Source of the DNA: Paraspadella gotoi
Lineage: Eukaryota > Animalia > Chaetognatha
DNA: 64,000 bases
Direction of reading: 5' to 3'
NCBI GenBank assembly: GCA_051294375.1
Contig: CM119268.1
Location: forward strand, 12,903,770 to 12,967,769
Shown here: positions 1 through 11,425 of the stretch, piece by piece
Numbering within the stretch: position 1 is the first letter of the stretch
Layout: every line of letters starts with the position of its first letter
The notes under the pieces: model-generated
The model's input: the letters and a program-made list of their open reading frames with translations, nothing else
Told to the model about the DNA's origin: nothing
The model's database searches: none
Program-made: the position numbers and the translations under genes

Positions 1-18
1 AAAAACTGGTTTATTCAG

Positions 19-1051
19 GTCGCCTTGCTTCGACGGTATCAAGCAAAGAACGCTCCTTTCAGACTGATGTCCCTAAAGAAGTTTCAGCGGATGGAACGAA
101 AAAAGAAAGCCGGTGCCTCCGTCGATGTCAGGAAAAAAATAGAAGACGACGACGATAAAACGATCACCGTAGAAACATTCAAGGAGGCCCCTGATTCCTC
201 GACCCCGCAACTTCAAGGGGCGCCGTCTTTGACACAAAAGAATACAACTTTAAAAACATCGATCTCAGACGAGTCTAAAAACGGCTCAAGTTCGACTCAC
301 AAAATGTCTAACCCAAAACCACCTCTTCTTAACTCATCGCCTCCCGGATCGCCTTCAACTGCCGACGAGACACCAACGCGAACCATCTCCTCTGCGCCCG
401 GTCAATTGAACTCCGCACGAGCTCCCACTAAGCTTCCTCCCGTCATTCCGGAGGGATCTCTGCGAACGTGTCTATCGACGCCGCCTGCCGAGGCGTCGAC
501 GAAGCCAGGAAAACTCGGTCATTCGCCAGCGACAACGCCGCGTCCTTCTGCACCCTCGATCCCTTTGCCCCCTCGGTCGCCGTCTCGTAATCGCCGTCCC
601 AAATCGGGGGATGATGCGAACGAGGACGACTCGCCGCCCATCGGTAATCTCAAGATTTCGGGCTCGTCGGCGACGCTTAATCGAGGAGAAAATCTGAGTA
701 ACGCGTCTTCTGTTGATATTTTCAAGGTGCTTTTCTCTTATTTTTGATTAAATCGATTTTTTCTTCTTATTTATATTCTTTTTTGATTAGCCAATAAACC
801 TTCGACGTTATATCAAGCGTCATCAAAGTATTCCACCCAAGTGCCGAAAATTCGTTTACATTCCAGCTCCGTCACACGGTTTACAGGTTTGTTTTTCAGT
901 AATTTTTTCTTTTCTATTGATAACCTTTATACATGTACGTAGTATAATGTCATGTATTTAGGTATTACCCCCGACGATGCTCGAGGCTGAGCTTCTTTCC
1001 GAGCGATTTCCTACCTCTCGTCAGCAGGCGCTGCTGAAAGAGGATATCTGA
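19..1051 (+). CDS. 3' end of an unidentified gene with a Ser/Pro-rich disordered C-terminus (5' part lies outside the window)
   Basis: Exons 19-726, 791-886 and 962-1051 join in phase 0 across GT-AG introns. TGA at 1049-1051 is followed by AATAAA at ~1060. No recognisable domain. Confidence 0.6.
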
Positions 1052-1328
1052 CGGAGAAAAATAAACAATATCGCACCAAAATTTTACGAAAATTTTTATT
1101 TCTAAATGTTTACACAGCTTTATAACATTATAACAAATACTGCCATAAATTTTACAAAGAGAATTATTATTCTTTGCGACTGCATTTTTACTATGCCCAA
1201 CTGGTGTCCTTGTCGACTTAATATTTGATCACGTTACCTCTTTACTAAATCTACTTATCACTTTTTTCGCGGAAGTTTTAATCGCGTGTTTTCACATAAA
1301 GCCTTTTTCCGAGCCGCCATTTGATAAT

Positions 1329-4300
1329 ATGGCGGGGATTCCACCGACGCCACAACAAAACGACATCAAAGACATTTTTGAGTCTATGGAATACGGGCCG
1401 GCGCCGGAAGCCCAGGATGCCGCCAATCAATGGCTGGAACGCCGCGACCGAAAATTGGGACACTTTATCGATGGAAAATGGGTAGGTTGATGACAAAATT
1501 CCATTTTTCTCTAAATTTTCAACTTTTCGCGATTTCTCAAGGTCACACCCGCGGACCGGAAAACCTACGAGACAAAATGCCCTGCCACCGGAGAGACTTT
1601 AGCCTCCACCCTCCAAGGGTCGTCGGGCGATGTCGATATGGCTGTTGCCGCCGCCCGTCAAGCCTACATCGACTGGAGTCAATTACCTGGTCACGTGCGT
1701 GCTAGGCACATGTACAGTGTTGCCCGACACGTTCAGAAGCATCAACGTCTCCTCAGCGTAATGGAGTCGTTGGACAACGGAAAGTCCATTCGCGAGACGC
1801 GCGATTGCGACGTCCCGCTCGTCGTGCGACACTTTTACCACCACGCCGGGTGGGCGCAACTCATGGATAAAGAAATGGCTGGATGGAAATCGTTAGGTAG
1901 GTTTCCTCGCATAATTGGTCAACGATAACGGAATCAGATGGTGGCTTGCAAGTTATTGTTCACTATTCAAACTACTATTCCAACCTTCATTTAGGAGTTG
2001 TCGGTGCGATTGTGCCCTGGAATTTTCCGTTGATGTTACTCACGTGGAAGGTGAATAGATCTTCTTTTCCGTTTCCGTGCCTCAACCTATGCTACGGTAT
2101 TTTCCCCTTCAGGTTTGCCCCGCAATTGCGATGGGAAACACCGTAGTACTGAAACCTGCTTCTTACACTCGATTATCTGCTCTTCTTTTGGCCGAAATTT
2201 GCGCCGAGGCCGGACTTCCGCCCGGGGTCTTTAATGTCGTCACTGGAAACGGTTCTTGCTCGATGACAATCGATTCGTTAGCAAGATTACATCTGTTCAC
2301 GCTTTTCCATTTTCAGGTTCGATGGGGTCGAAGCTGGCGTGTCATCACGACGTCGACAAAGTGGCCTTCACTGGGTCGACGATGATCGGCCAACTTCTTC
2401 GTCGAAACACCGCAGGATCCGGCAAAAAAATCTCGCTCGAACTCGGGGGCAAAAGTCCGGTCGTCGTCTTCGAATCCGCCGATTTGGACTCTGCCGTTGA
2501 GGGTGAGTTCGATCGAAGATGGACGTTGAACAATTACTTAAAATCCGTCAGATTTTGAAAATGTCCGTTTCGTTCCTCTTAGGAATCGTGGACGCTATTT
2601 TCTTTAACCAGGGTGAAGTCTGCTCGGCCGGTTCTAGACTTTTGGCGCAGGAATCAATTTTCGAGAAGCTGGTGGAAAAATTGAAGGAGCGGATGAAACA
2701 TTTGAGGTTTAAACCTGTTTACAAGAGTGAGTTTTCGTTAATGATGAGATTGAAAAAAGCATTAAATTTTGACTTTCACAGATTGGGTCATTCGCTGGAC
2801 AAAGCAATAGATATGGGTCCCATCGTAGACGAAAGCCAATGGAGAACGATCGAGGAGTACGTGGAAGGTGCAAGGAGCGAGGGGGCCAATATTTTTCAAG
2901 TGGAAGTGGAAAAGGTTCCTGGGAAGAGGTGAGTGGATCCCGAGGAATTTACTTACATAAAATCTCCTATAAAATACTATTCCAATCCCTATTCCAGTGG
3001 GCTGTATTTTCCTCCGACTTTGATTACCAACGTGCAGACCTCGTCCCGCGTCGTTATGGAAGAGATTTTTGGTCCCGTTCTGGTGGCTTTACCTTTTAGG
3101 TAGTACGTAGTAAACCAATAATTCTTATAATTTATAGTTATAGCCAATTTGTTCTATAAACTTTAAATAATATAATCGAAATGGATTTCATTTTCAGAAC
3201 GTCGAAGGAGGGACTTCAACTCGCGAACAACAGTAACTATGGACTCGGTTCGAGCGTCTGGACCGAGAACATAAGCTTGGCTTTGGAGGCCGCCATCAGC
3301 CTTAAAGCGGGCGCCGTTTGGGTCAACTGCCACAACCTCTTCGACGCCGCCGCTGGATTCGGCGGATATAAGGAGAGCGGTTATGGCAGAGATGGCGGGA
3401 AAGAGGGTAATTACTTAGTCCAAGTACATACAAGTTATTTTTAGGCACTTTGTATCGGAAAATTTAATTTTACCTTTGCAAATAGGCTTGTACGAGTACG
3501 TGCGTCCCAGTTGGGAAGAGCGCCCTCGCCCCAATGTGTCGTCAGATTTTGATATTCAGACTTTCGGCGCTCATGTTCCTTCACTTCCTCTGTTGAATGG
3601 CTCGGAGGCGATTTCCTCTGTCAGCGTCACTCCGTCAATTGATCGGTGGGAATCACGACTTTTCTTGCCAGTTTGAAAAAGTTTTATGGGTTTATTTGCC
3701 TCCTTTAGGACCTACAAACTTTACTATGGTGGTGCGCAAAAACGACCTGATGGGATGTACTCAATGCCCGTGCTCGACTCCAACGGAATTGTTGTTGGAC
3801 AGGTGGCAGACTCCAACAGAAAGGACGTTAGGTGGGTTTCACAACAAGATTTTGAATTATCCAAAATAATACTTGTTCAATTCGAATCGTTGATTACTGA
3901 ATATATTATTCATAGGGAGGCGGTAGAGGCTGCTAACAAAGCCGCGCCAGGATGGGGAAAGCGTGCTGCGCACAATCGCGCCCAAATAGTGTATTACATG
4001 GCCGAAAACTTGGAATTGCGAGCAGAGGAATTCGCGAGGCAGATCTCTCGGTAAAAATTTTCGAAGGTGTCAGAATTTTTTAAATTTAAATTTTAAATTT
4101 TCTTTGGTTTTCTTTAATGTCATAGGCTGACGGGGCGCTCAGCCGATGAAGCAGCTGGAGAGGTGCGCCTCGCTATCCAGCGTCTCTTTCACTGGGGCGC
4201 CTACTGCGACAAATTCGGGGGCGTCGTCCAGGAGACAACGCTGTACGGCGTCACGGCCAAAATTCACGAGCCAATCGGCGTTGTCGGTATGAGTGTTCAC

Positions 4301-5171
4301 ATCTTGAAACCGATTCCAGCCGGGGGAACAAAATTCTATGTGGGTTGTTTTTAAAATTGTAGGTATCGTTTGTCCCGACGAATCTCCCCTCCTCTCATTT
4401 GTGTCTCTGTTCGCACCTGCCGTCATTCGGGGCAACGCGGTCATCGTCGTTCCGAGGCAAGATTAATCTTCCAAAAACAGATATTTAATTTGAGGTTTTC
4501 CTCTTTCATTTCGCCTTTAATGCATTCATTTGCATGAAAGGCTAAATGAATGAGGATTGATTAAACAAACATTAATTAAAACCTTGACTCTGGAACTAAC
4601 ATAGCAGCTACTTAATTTCCTAAATTAATTTTTTACTTGTGACAACAGCGAACGTTACCCGTTGCCTGCGTTGGACCTTTATCAAGTTTTTGAAACTTCT
4701 GACGTTCCGGCCGGGGTTGTCAATGTTCTCACGGGCAACGCAGATCACGTGACGAAGTACTTAGCCGAGCATCAAAATGTCAACGCCATCTGGTACCACA
4801 GATCCCCGGAAGGTCAGAGCGTGCTGCTAATTTTTTTTTCGCTTGACCCATGTATAACCCGCTCAATATCGACAAACAAAATTATCAAAATTTGCATCAT
4901 ATGAATTAGTATTCTTCTTATGCATTAACTTGTACGTACATGTGTGGCAAGGAATTTTGAGGTGTAAAATTAATGTTGACGGTTTGCTGCGCGCTTAGGC
5001 TCGATGTTTGTGGAGCACGCGTCCGCCGTCAACTTGAAGCGGACATTCGTTTCTTACGGGTTTCAACGAGATTGGGAGGACGAGAATCAGGGTCAAGGCG
5101 AAGAGTTTCTCTATCAAGCCGTGCAATGTAAGAATGTCTGGATACCAATGGGCGACATATTCGCCAACTAA
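1329..5171 (+). CDS. ALDH16A1: Aldehyde dehydrogenase family 16 (long two-Rossmann-domain ALDH), multi-exon
   Basis: N-terminal [17 protein letters not shown]; [19 protein letters not shown]; FTGST; LELGGKSP; [13 protein letters not shown]; EEIFGPVL; [15 protein letters not shown] second ALDH-like half ([22 protein letters not shown]) ends [13 protein letters not shown]. Confidence 0.9.
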
Positions 5172-5512
5172 AATTATTAACAAAGCCGATGTGGCAGAAA
5201 CGAACGTGAACTAGCTCAAAGACAAAGGTTATCAATGGCTGCGTTACTTTGGGAACATGGCATTTTTAGAGCCCCTACTAAATTATGATTATGATTATGC
5301 ATGCTGGGTGTTTATCTGTGATCGATTTTAATTGTATTTCGGGCATTAAATGATTTCACCTTGTTTTTATAGACAATTTGTTGTGATAGTGTCGCAGCCC
5401 CTGCTTTATTTTACAAATGTTATGTTTGAAATTTTTTCTTTATTTTAATTCTAGAATTACATAGTGTGTAAAAATGCAGCTTTGATGGATAAACTTTAAT
5501 ATTTCGTCTATA

Positions 5513-8500
5513 ATGAAAGGCATTAATTTTCGCCTTTTCGTCGGTCTGCCATCCATTCATGGATCGAGTCTCCGGTTTCAAACTACTGCCGCTCTGTTGG
5601 ACCGACTCATCCAGTTACAACGATCGACAAGCGACGATGGTATTTCTCCAGCAAAAACTGAAGCTGAATCATATCAAGATGTCAAACCTGCAGAGATATC
5701 CAAAGGTTGGTTTTTCGTCTGTCGTTTTTCCTCTGTACGAGTGCGATTGTTTTACATACTATTTTTGTTGGACTCAAATTCCTTAATATTTTTCCTTAGT
5801 ATTTTTCCTGAAGTGTTTCAACAGAGAACGAACATCATCTTTCTCTTTTTCAGAGCGGGAGAAGGAATTGTTATTCGGAGTCGATGCCCGTTATGCAAAC
5901 TCTGCTGCCGTTGCAAGCGATGACGACGACGAGAATTATCTCAAATTGAATTTGCCTTTTCGCGCTAGACATCATCCGGGGAGAATGGCCGGTCACGTTT
6001 TCTCTCTCCCCGACGATCTTGGTAAGCCGGTTTGCTTTTTTGAACCCCTTTTTTTTTGTGCTTTTTGACCAGCGATATAATATTCGGATGATTAAACAAA
6101 ATTTCAATATTGATGATCGAAGGATTTAGATTTTCTCCTCATTGATTATTCAAAGGCTCGCTTCTAGCTGCTTATTTTAAGGCTTTGCCTTTCTTTTGCC
6201 ATATTTGGAAAAAACTTTAGAAGAATTTTTCATTTAATGAATCTTACTTCAGCGGTTGGATTGCAGCGATTAAGTCGTGGTTACGACACGAACCTCCTGG
6301 TGTCGTCCTCAGAAACTTTGGATCGTGATCTCCTTACGCGACGACTGGCGCCGGAGCGAAAAGAAATTCAGCAATCGATCCAAAAACGAGTCCGGGCAAT
6401 GGGCATGGAGCTGGAAGTGAGCCTCTATCTGTCTGTCCATTATGGCGTCAATTTTTTCAATGTGTAAATCATATTGATAATGAATCACTTTTCTTCAGGA
6501 CCAAACGTTGACCAAAGAGCAAGAAGAAAAACTTGTAAAGTTGGTGAAGAAAGATATTAAACGAGATTTTCCCTGGAATCCGCGAATCTACGACAAAAAA
6601 TTCGATTGCGCCTCATACGCTGTTGGTCGCTTCGCCGCCGAATACGCCGCCGTTGCTAACGTTTTCAAAGAAATTAAAAAAAGGTGCGTCGCCAGAGTCT
6701 ATTTGTTATTAATTTACTGTTCACAATACTTATTCAAATAATTATTGAATTGTTTAATATTGTCATTATCATTGTCGTAATCTTTGTCATTATTATCTTT
6801 GTCATTATTGTCTTTGTCATTACCATAATTATTGTCAACCTTATACTTGCCTTCACTTATTAATTACCCTCGTTATATGACTGAAAAATTAGTGGCAGCC
6901 AAAGAGAATGATTAAGTTGATGACAAAGGTAATGAAGACACAATTACAAAGGTTACGTCAATAATTATTTGAAGGGTTCTTTCTGAAGGAAGGATGTTGA
7001 GAAGAGTGCCTTGAGATCCCTCGGCAATCTCAGCCATCGACTCCTTAGTCTGGCATTAGTTGGTCTAGGGTTATAATAGTCTGTGATTTGTCAGCTTTGG
7101 AGGCGTGGGTTTAAATCTTACCGCTGCCACTACATTGATATTCAGTCATATAACGAGGGTAATTAATAAGTGGACAATAATTAAGGTGATGACAAAGCTA
7201 ACGATGGCACATTGACAAAGATTACGACAAAGGTGATGACAAATAATTGATAATTAAAATATTATCTAAAGAAGTTGTTTCTTGAGTTTGGATGTTGAGG
7301 AGTGTGCCTCGAGATCCCACGGCAATCTCGGCCGTTAACCCCATAGTCTGTCATTGGTCGGTCTAAGGTATGTGATTTGTTGGCTTTCTGATGATTCACG
7401 AAGACGACCAGCAATCACATCACAAGACCGACCAGGTCCGTCTATAAATCTATTCCGTTGAAGATATGTTAATTATTTAATAGTGGTAAATATCTCGTCA
7501 TTTTTGCGAAATAGGTTTCCCCGTTTTCGTCCCACCCACATGATGGATTTTGGTACTGGTATTGGCGGCGTGGTTTGGGCCGCCAATGAATCTTGGCCGA
7601 ATTCGTTAAAAGGCCACTACTGCGTCGAAGTCAGCCCCCACATGAAAGAGATGGCGCTTAAGTTGATGTCCGTCGACGCCGACATTGATTGGAGAAACGA
7701 CGATGTAGACTTTACCTTAACAAAAAAGAAACGGTTCGTATGTAATTTAATTCCCTCATATCGTTTTATTACCTCTAGTAAATCCAAACTCGAAATGCTG
7801 CCACTTACCCTTCCCGCACAGGTTTAACAGTTTGCACGTGCGCTCCTACATTCCGGAGTCTTTAGACAAATGGTATCAACTGGCGACGAGTACTTTTACT
7901 CTGCTCGATCTGCCTTCCGCGGAAGAAAGGTAGTTTGACATTAAAAAAAATTACTCTTCGATCGTGGCGCCAGTATTATTAAGGATTATTAAGGCTGAAG
8001 GTCGTCGAACGTATGTGGCTCAAACTTCTTCCTTACGGGTTTTTGGTTTTGGTCGAAAACGGTTCCAAGTTTGGCTTCGACGCCATCCAAGAGGCTCGAG
8101 ACTTTATTGTGTCGAGTTGCTCACTTGCGGAACGAAAGTGGCAACGGGGACCAAGAAAGCCGGATAACAAAGGCGCCGTGGCTTACATCAAGGCAAGTGG
8201 GCGCTTCCCCTCTTAGCGATTGCTTTTTATCGTCGCAATCGCTTTGCGTTTGCGATGATCTCGTAACGCTTTTGCGTATAAATGGCGTCGTCGTCGGCGT
8301 TCCAACTTATCGATCGCCTTTTTTATGATTAAATTTGGGTGTATGTTTAGTATTTTAGTATCAAAATTTGTCGTCAATCCAGATTTTTCTTATGCAATTG
8401 CGACGATCCTTATGCTTTTAAGATTTTTCTCCACGGCTTACCACAGGGTCGTCACCGCGCTTATGGTCAATGTAAAGTGGTAGCACCGTGTCCGCATAAT

Positions 8501-9260
8501 GAACCTTGCCCGCTTTATAACCACATTCCGGTAAACGCCCGCTGCGTATTTTCCGTCAATTACAAGGTATCCTTCTTTGTTTTTTTTCTCTGTACTTTTT
8601 AAATTATCTCAGTTGCCTTGCCCCTTTTTTCAGTCTCCAATCACCAAAAGTTCTACTTCTCCATCGAATAAAACGGCCAACTACTCTTATGTCGTAATTC
8701 AAAAATTTCCCTCTAATTTAGAAAAGAATGAGTCGGTCGCTCGTAGCTTAAAATGGGACCAATCTTGCCGACAAGCAACAATTTCTGATGATCTCGAACA
8801 AAACGCAAACCAGTTGTCGATTTCGGTACATCTGGGTAAAGGCGACGCCAGCCAATCGGATGCTAGAAGTCAACAGTCCCTTTCAACCAATCTGGTGACT
8901 GCGTCCCCTCTCATACGGGAAAATAAACAAAAGGACGCGGGTTCGATTCCTGAATCCGACGTGCAAATGTCAAACGATGCCAAAAGTTTTAAATCGCTCC
9001 ACGAAGAGGACTTATTCATGTCCGACGAGGACCACATGCGCACGTGGCCTCGAGTTTTAACCGAACCAATCGTTAAGAAATCCAACGTGCACACCAAACT
9101 CTGCCTTCCCGACGGTCGACTTTACTACAAAAATTTTAGTCGAAAAAAAGACTCTCGAGAGGCTTATTTCTTGGCCAGATTCAGTCGGTGGGGCGATTTG
9201 CTCCCCATTGAGGAACTGGAGAATGAAGGGGTATCAGAGGCCAAAAAGGGGGAAGACTGA
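5513..9260 (+). CDS. METTL17: Mitochondrial small-subunit assembly factor / methyltransferase-like 17 (Rsm22 family), multi-exon
   Basis: YAVGRFAAEYAAV, FRPTHMMDFGTGIGG, GFLVLVENGSKFGF, VVAPCPHNEPCP, NYSYVVIQK, WPRVLTEPIVKKSNVHTKLCLPDG and ARFSRWGDLLP. Confidence 0.85.
6745..7390. mobile_element. Foldback/MITE-like element with long inverted arms and a duplicated tRNA-related core, in a METTL17 intron
   Basis: cacttattaattaccctcgttatatgactgaa (~6855-6885) is the reverse complement of ~7141-7172. ttgtcgtaatctttgtca (~6772-6789) pairs with ~7213-7230. A direct repeat runs ~6992-7098 vs ~7290-7387. Confidence 0.7.
7055..7129 (+). pseudogene. Degenerate tRNA-Leu-derived sequence
   Basis: tagtctggc..agttggtctaggg...ggaggcgtgggtttaaatcttaccgctgcca resembles eukaryotic tRNA-Leu (…GGAGGCGTGGGTTCGAATCCCACCGCTGCCA). 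The B box and anticodon arm are decayed. Confidence 0.6.
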
Positions 9261-9329
9261 CAGCTTTAAAATGAGTGATGCTTGATTGTTGAAAAGCAGG
9301 GATGAGAAAAAGAAAATTAAAAAAACTGA

Positions 9330-9337
9330 TGACGTCA
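9330..9337. promoter_or_regulatory. Palindromic CRE/ATF-type site (TGACGTCA), with a half-site at ~9352-9359
   Basis: Exact consensus palindrome in the METTL17-RMI2 spacer; function not shown. Confidence 0.3.
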
Positions 9338-9562
9338 TAGTCAAAAGATAATCACGTCATTGCCAACGACGCGCTTAAGACTTTTCGAGTTCATCAATCC
9401 TTAAATTTATCTCTCGTACACTGTGTTGTTTTCCCTCGCTGGGAACTGTTTTCGTTGCTGGAGAATTTTATTATCTTTTAATCGCCGTTCTCAAAACAAA
9501 AAAGTAAAAAAATATTCGGGGAAAAGGGATAACAGGAGGGGGGAGGAGTGGGGGCGAGAATA

Positions 9563-9854
9563 AACAAGTTTAAGCAATGTCGGATCTGCCTACGAAAATT
9601 TAGCGGTAATCTGCTAATCAGATGATAAATCACGATAATTCTTTCAATTTGTGATTCTAGCTGATCATAACAAATCATACTATATAAAACACTATAAAAC
9701 ACTACGCCAATATATGAACTGAACTGGTACTATGGTTTTTTTATTTGCATCATTTTTTTCTATTTGCATCTTTTTTTAACTCGCATCATTTTTTCAATTT
9801 TAATCATTTTTTAACTTGCATCATTCAACTCGCAATCAGCAAAATTTATTTTAT

Positions 9855-9894
<40 letters not shown>

Positions 9895-10502
9895 AAAAAA
9901 AGTGCATGTTATTTTTTTTCATTTCTGGTTGCAAGATTTTAACAAAAATTTTAAGTAAAACATGAGTAAGCATAAGTAAGGAAAATTCAAGTCAACTTGA
10001 CTTTGATTTTCCCCATGCAAACTCATTTCCACTCCTAGATTCTATCGAAACTTTATATCCTGCTCAATCACACAATTTCCTACCCACACACAAAATTTCA
10101 TTTTAATCTATCCATCCAATTATGGGCTAAAATTAGTTTTTTATTTAAACTCATTTCCAATAGTACGATTCCATCGAAACTTTATAGGATTATAGGAGGG
10201 AATATGTATCAATTATTTATGTATTATATATTTATCAATTTAAGTTCAACACTACAATATGTAAATGATATTGAGAAATTAAATTTCATTTAAGATCATA
10301 TTAAATATTCATCCCTTACACAATCACACACTTTTCTAACCACACACAAAATTTCATTCAAATCCATCCATCCAATCACGAGTTTTTTGCTAAGGTGGGA
10401 CAGACGGACATCGTTTTTTTGCACAATTGAGGGGACAGACCGACGGACCGACAAAGTGGATTATAGAGTCGGAATCTGCTGATAAGCAGATCCGACTAAA
10501 AA
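9563..10502 (+). mobile_element. Non-autonomous Helentron/HINE (DINE-1-like) element, family A, apparently full length
   Basis: Starts aacaag..aatgtcggatctgc and contains (GA)n, a duplicated ttccatcgaaact/aaatttca core and gacagacgga repeats. The terminal hairpin at 10467-10497 has an arm (gcagatccgac) inverted to the 5' subterminal repeat. Related copies lie at 38573 and 53616-54583. Confidence 0.7.
9857..9890. repeat. (GA)n microsatellite inside HINE family A
   Basis: Directly visible dinucleotide run. Confidence 0.95.
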
Positions 10503-10504
10503 GA

Positions 10505-11299
10505 ATGTCGGCCCTGGCCGTTTACGCTCAAAAATTATTGAACTCGGATCTGGCGAATTTGATCTGTTCCTCGACAAAAGACAAAAACGAACGATATTCT
10601 GGCGCCGAGGACGGATGGAGACTTCAAGTCAGCGACAGGGAACATAAGTTTCGTCAAGTGTGGATCCAGGGTTTCGTTCTGGAATACTTTGTCGCCAAGG
10701 ATTTGATGCTGGTAAGAAAAGGGCTATAATTCTTTTTATCAAAACGTGTTTACTAAAATTCGTTATAATACTCATCAATATTTTCTAGGAGGTCATTGAT
10801 GATAAATAAAAACTATTTCTTTTGCAAAATATTAAATTGGTTGTAAGGTCGACGATGGATCCGGGACTCCCTTCTCCGTAATTAACGCTAGTAAAAACCC
10901 GACGACGACGAAATGGCTCTTGACTCCAGAAGGATCTTTTGATGAGACCAAAAGGTTTTACGTTCAAGTTTTGGGAGAACCCGTCCTTTTAAAGTCGTCC
11001 AAAACTCGGGCAAGTCAACATTAAAGATGACAAATTTATTTGTTCATTTAAAATTTGAAAATTACAAATTTATCTTTCAGACGATTCACGTGGCGGCGAT
11101 AAAAGTTCAGAACCTCGCTGATCAGCGTCTTCCTTTCACAGCCGCCGAGTTGGAACCCTGGCGACGGGCCGAAATCGAAGACGCAACGAAGGGCGTCAGC
11201 TTTTTCGCATCCGATGACGAGAGACTTCAGTTGTTCGCTTGGATTCTGGAAGTCGCTGACGCCAAGGAAGCCGTTGGCGTTGCCGAGTCGCGTCGATAA
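10505..11299 (+). CDS. RMI2: RecQ-mediated genome instability protein 2 (OB fold); exons 10505-10711, 10848-11009, 11081-11299
   Basis: AQKLL..DL, GWRL, VWIQGFV, VDDGSG, YVQVLG, AAIKVQNLAD and W..EIED follow the RMI2 motif order. Confidence 0.75.
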
Positions 11300-11425
11300 T
11301 GAATATTTGCTTCTCTATCTTTTTGTTTTTACTAGTGTTTCGTTTTGTTTTTTATTAGTTTGTTAGCAGCGGTAATGACTCAAGCTTTATTTGAGATTTC
11401 AAAACGCTAAACATAGACCTTAGAT

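Noticed and set aside
8229-8407. Short inverted repeat atcgtcgcaat/attgcgacgat in a METTL17 intron
   Set aside because: Only ~11 bp, with no TSD or second copy in the window.
10427-10504. N-terminal extension of the RMI2 ORF given in the ORF track
   Set aside because: It starts at a non-ATG codon and lies wholly within the HINE 3' end.
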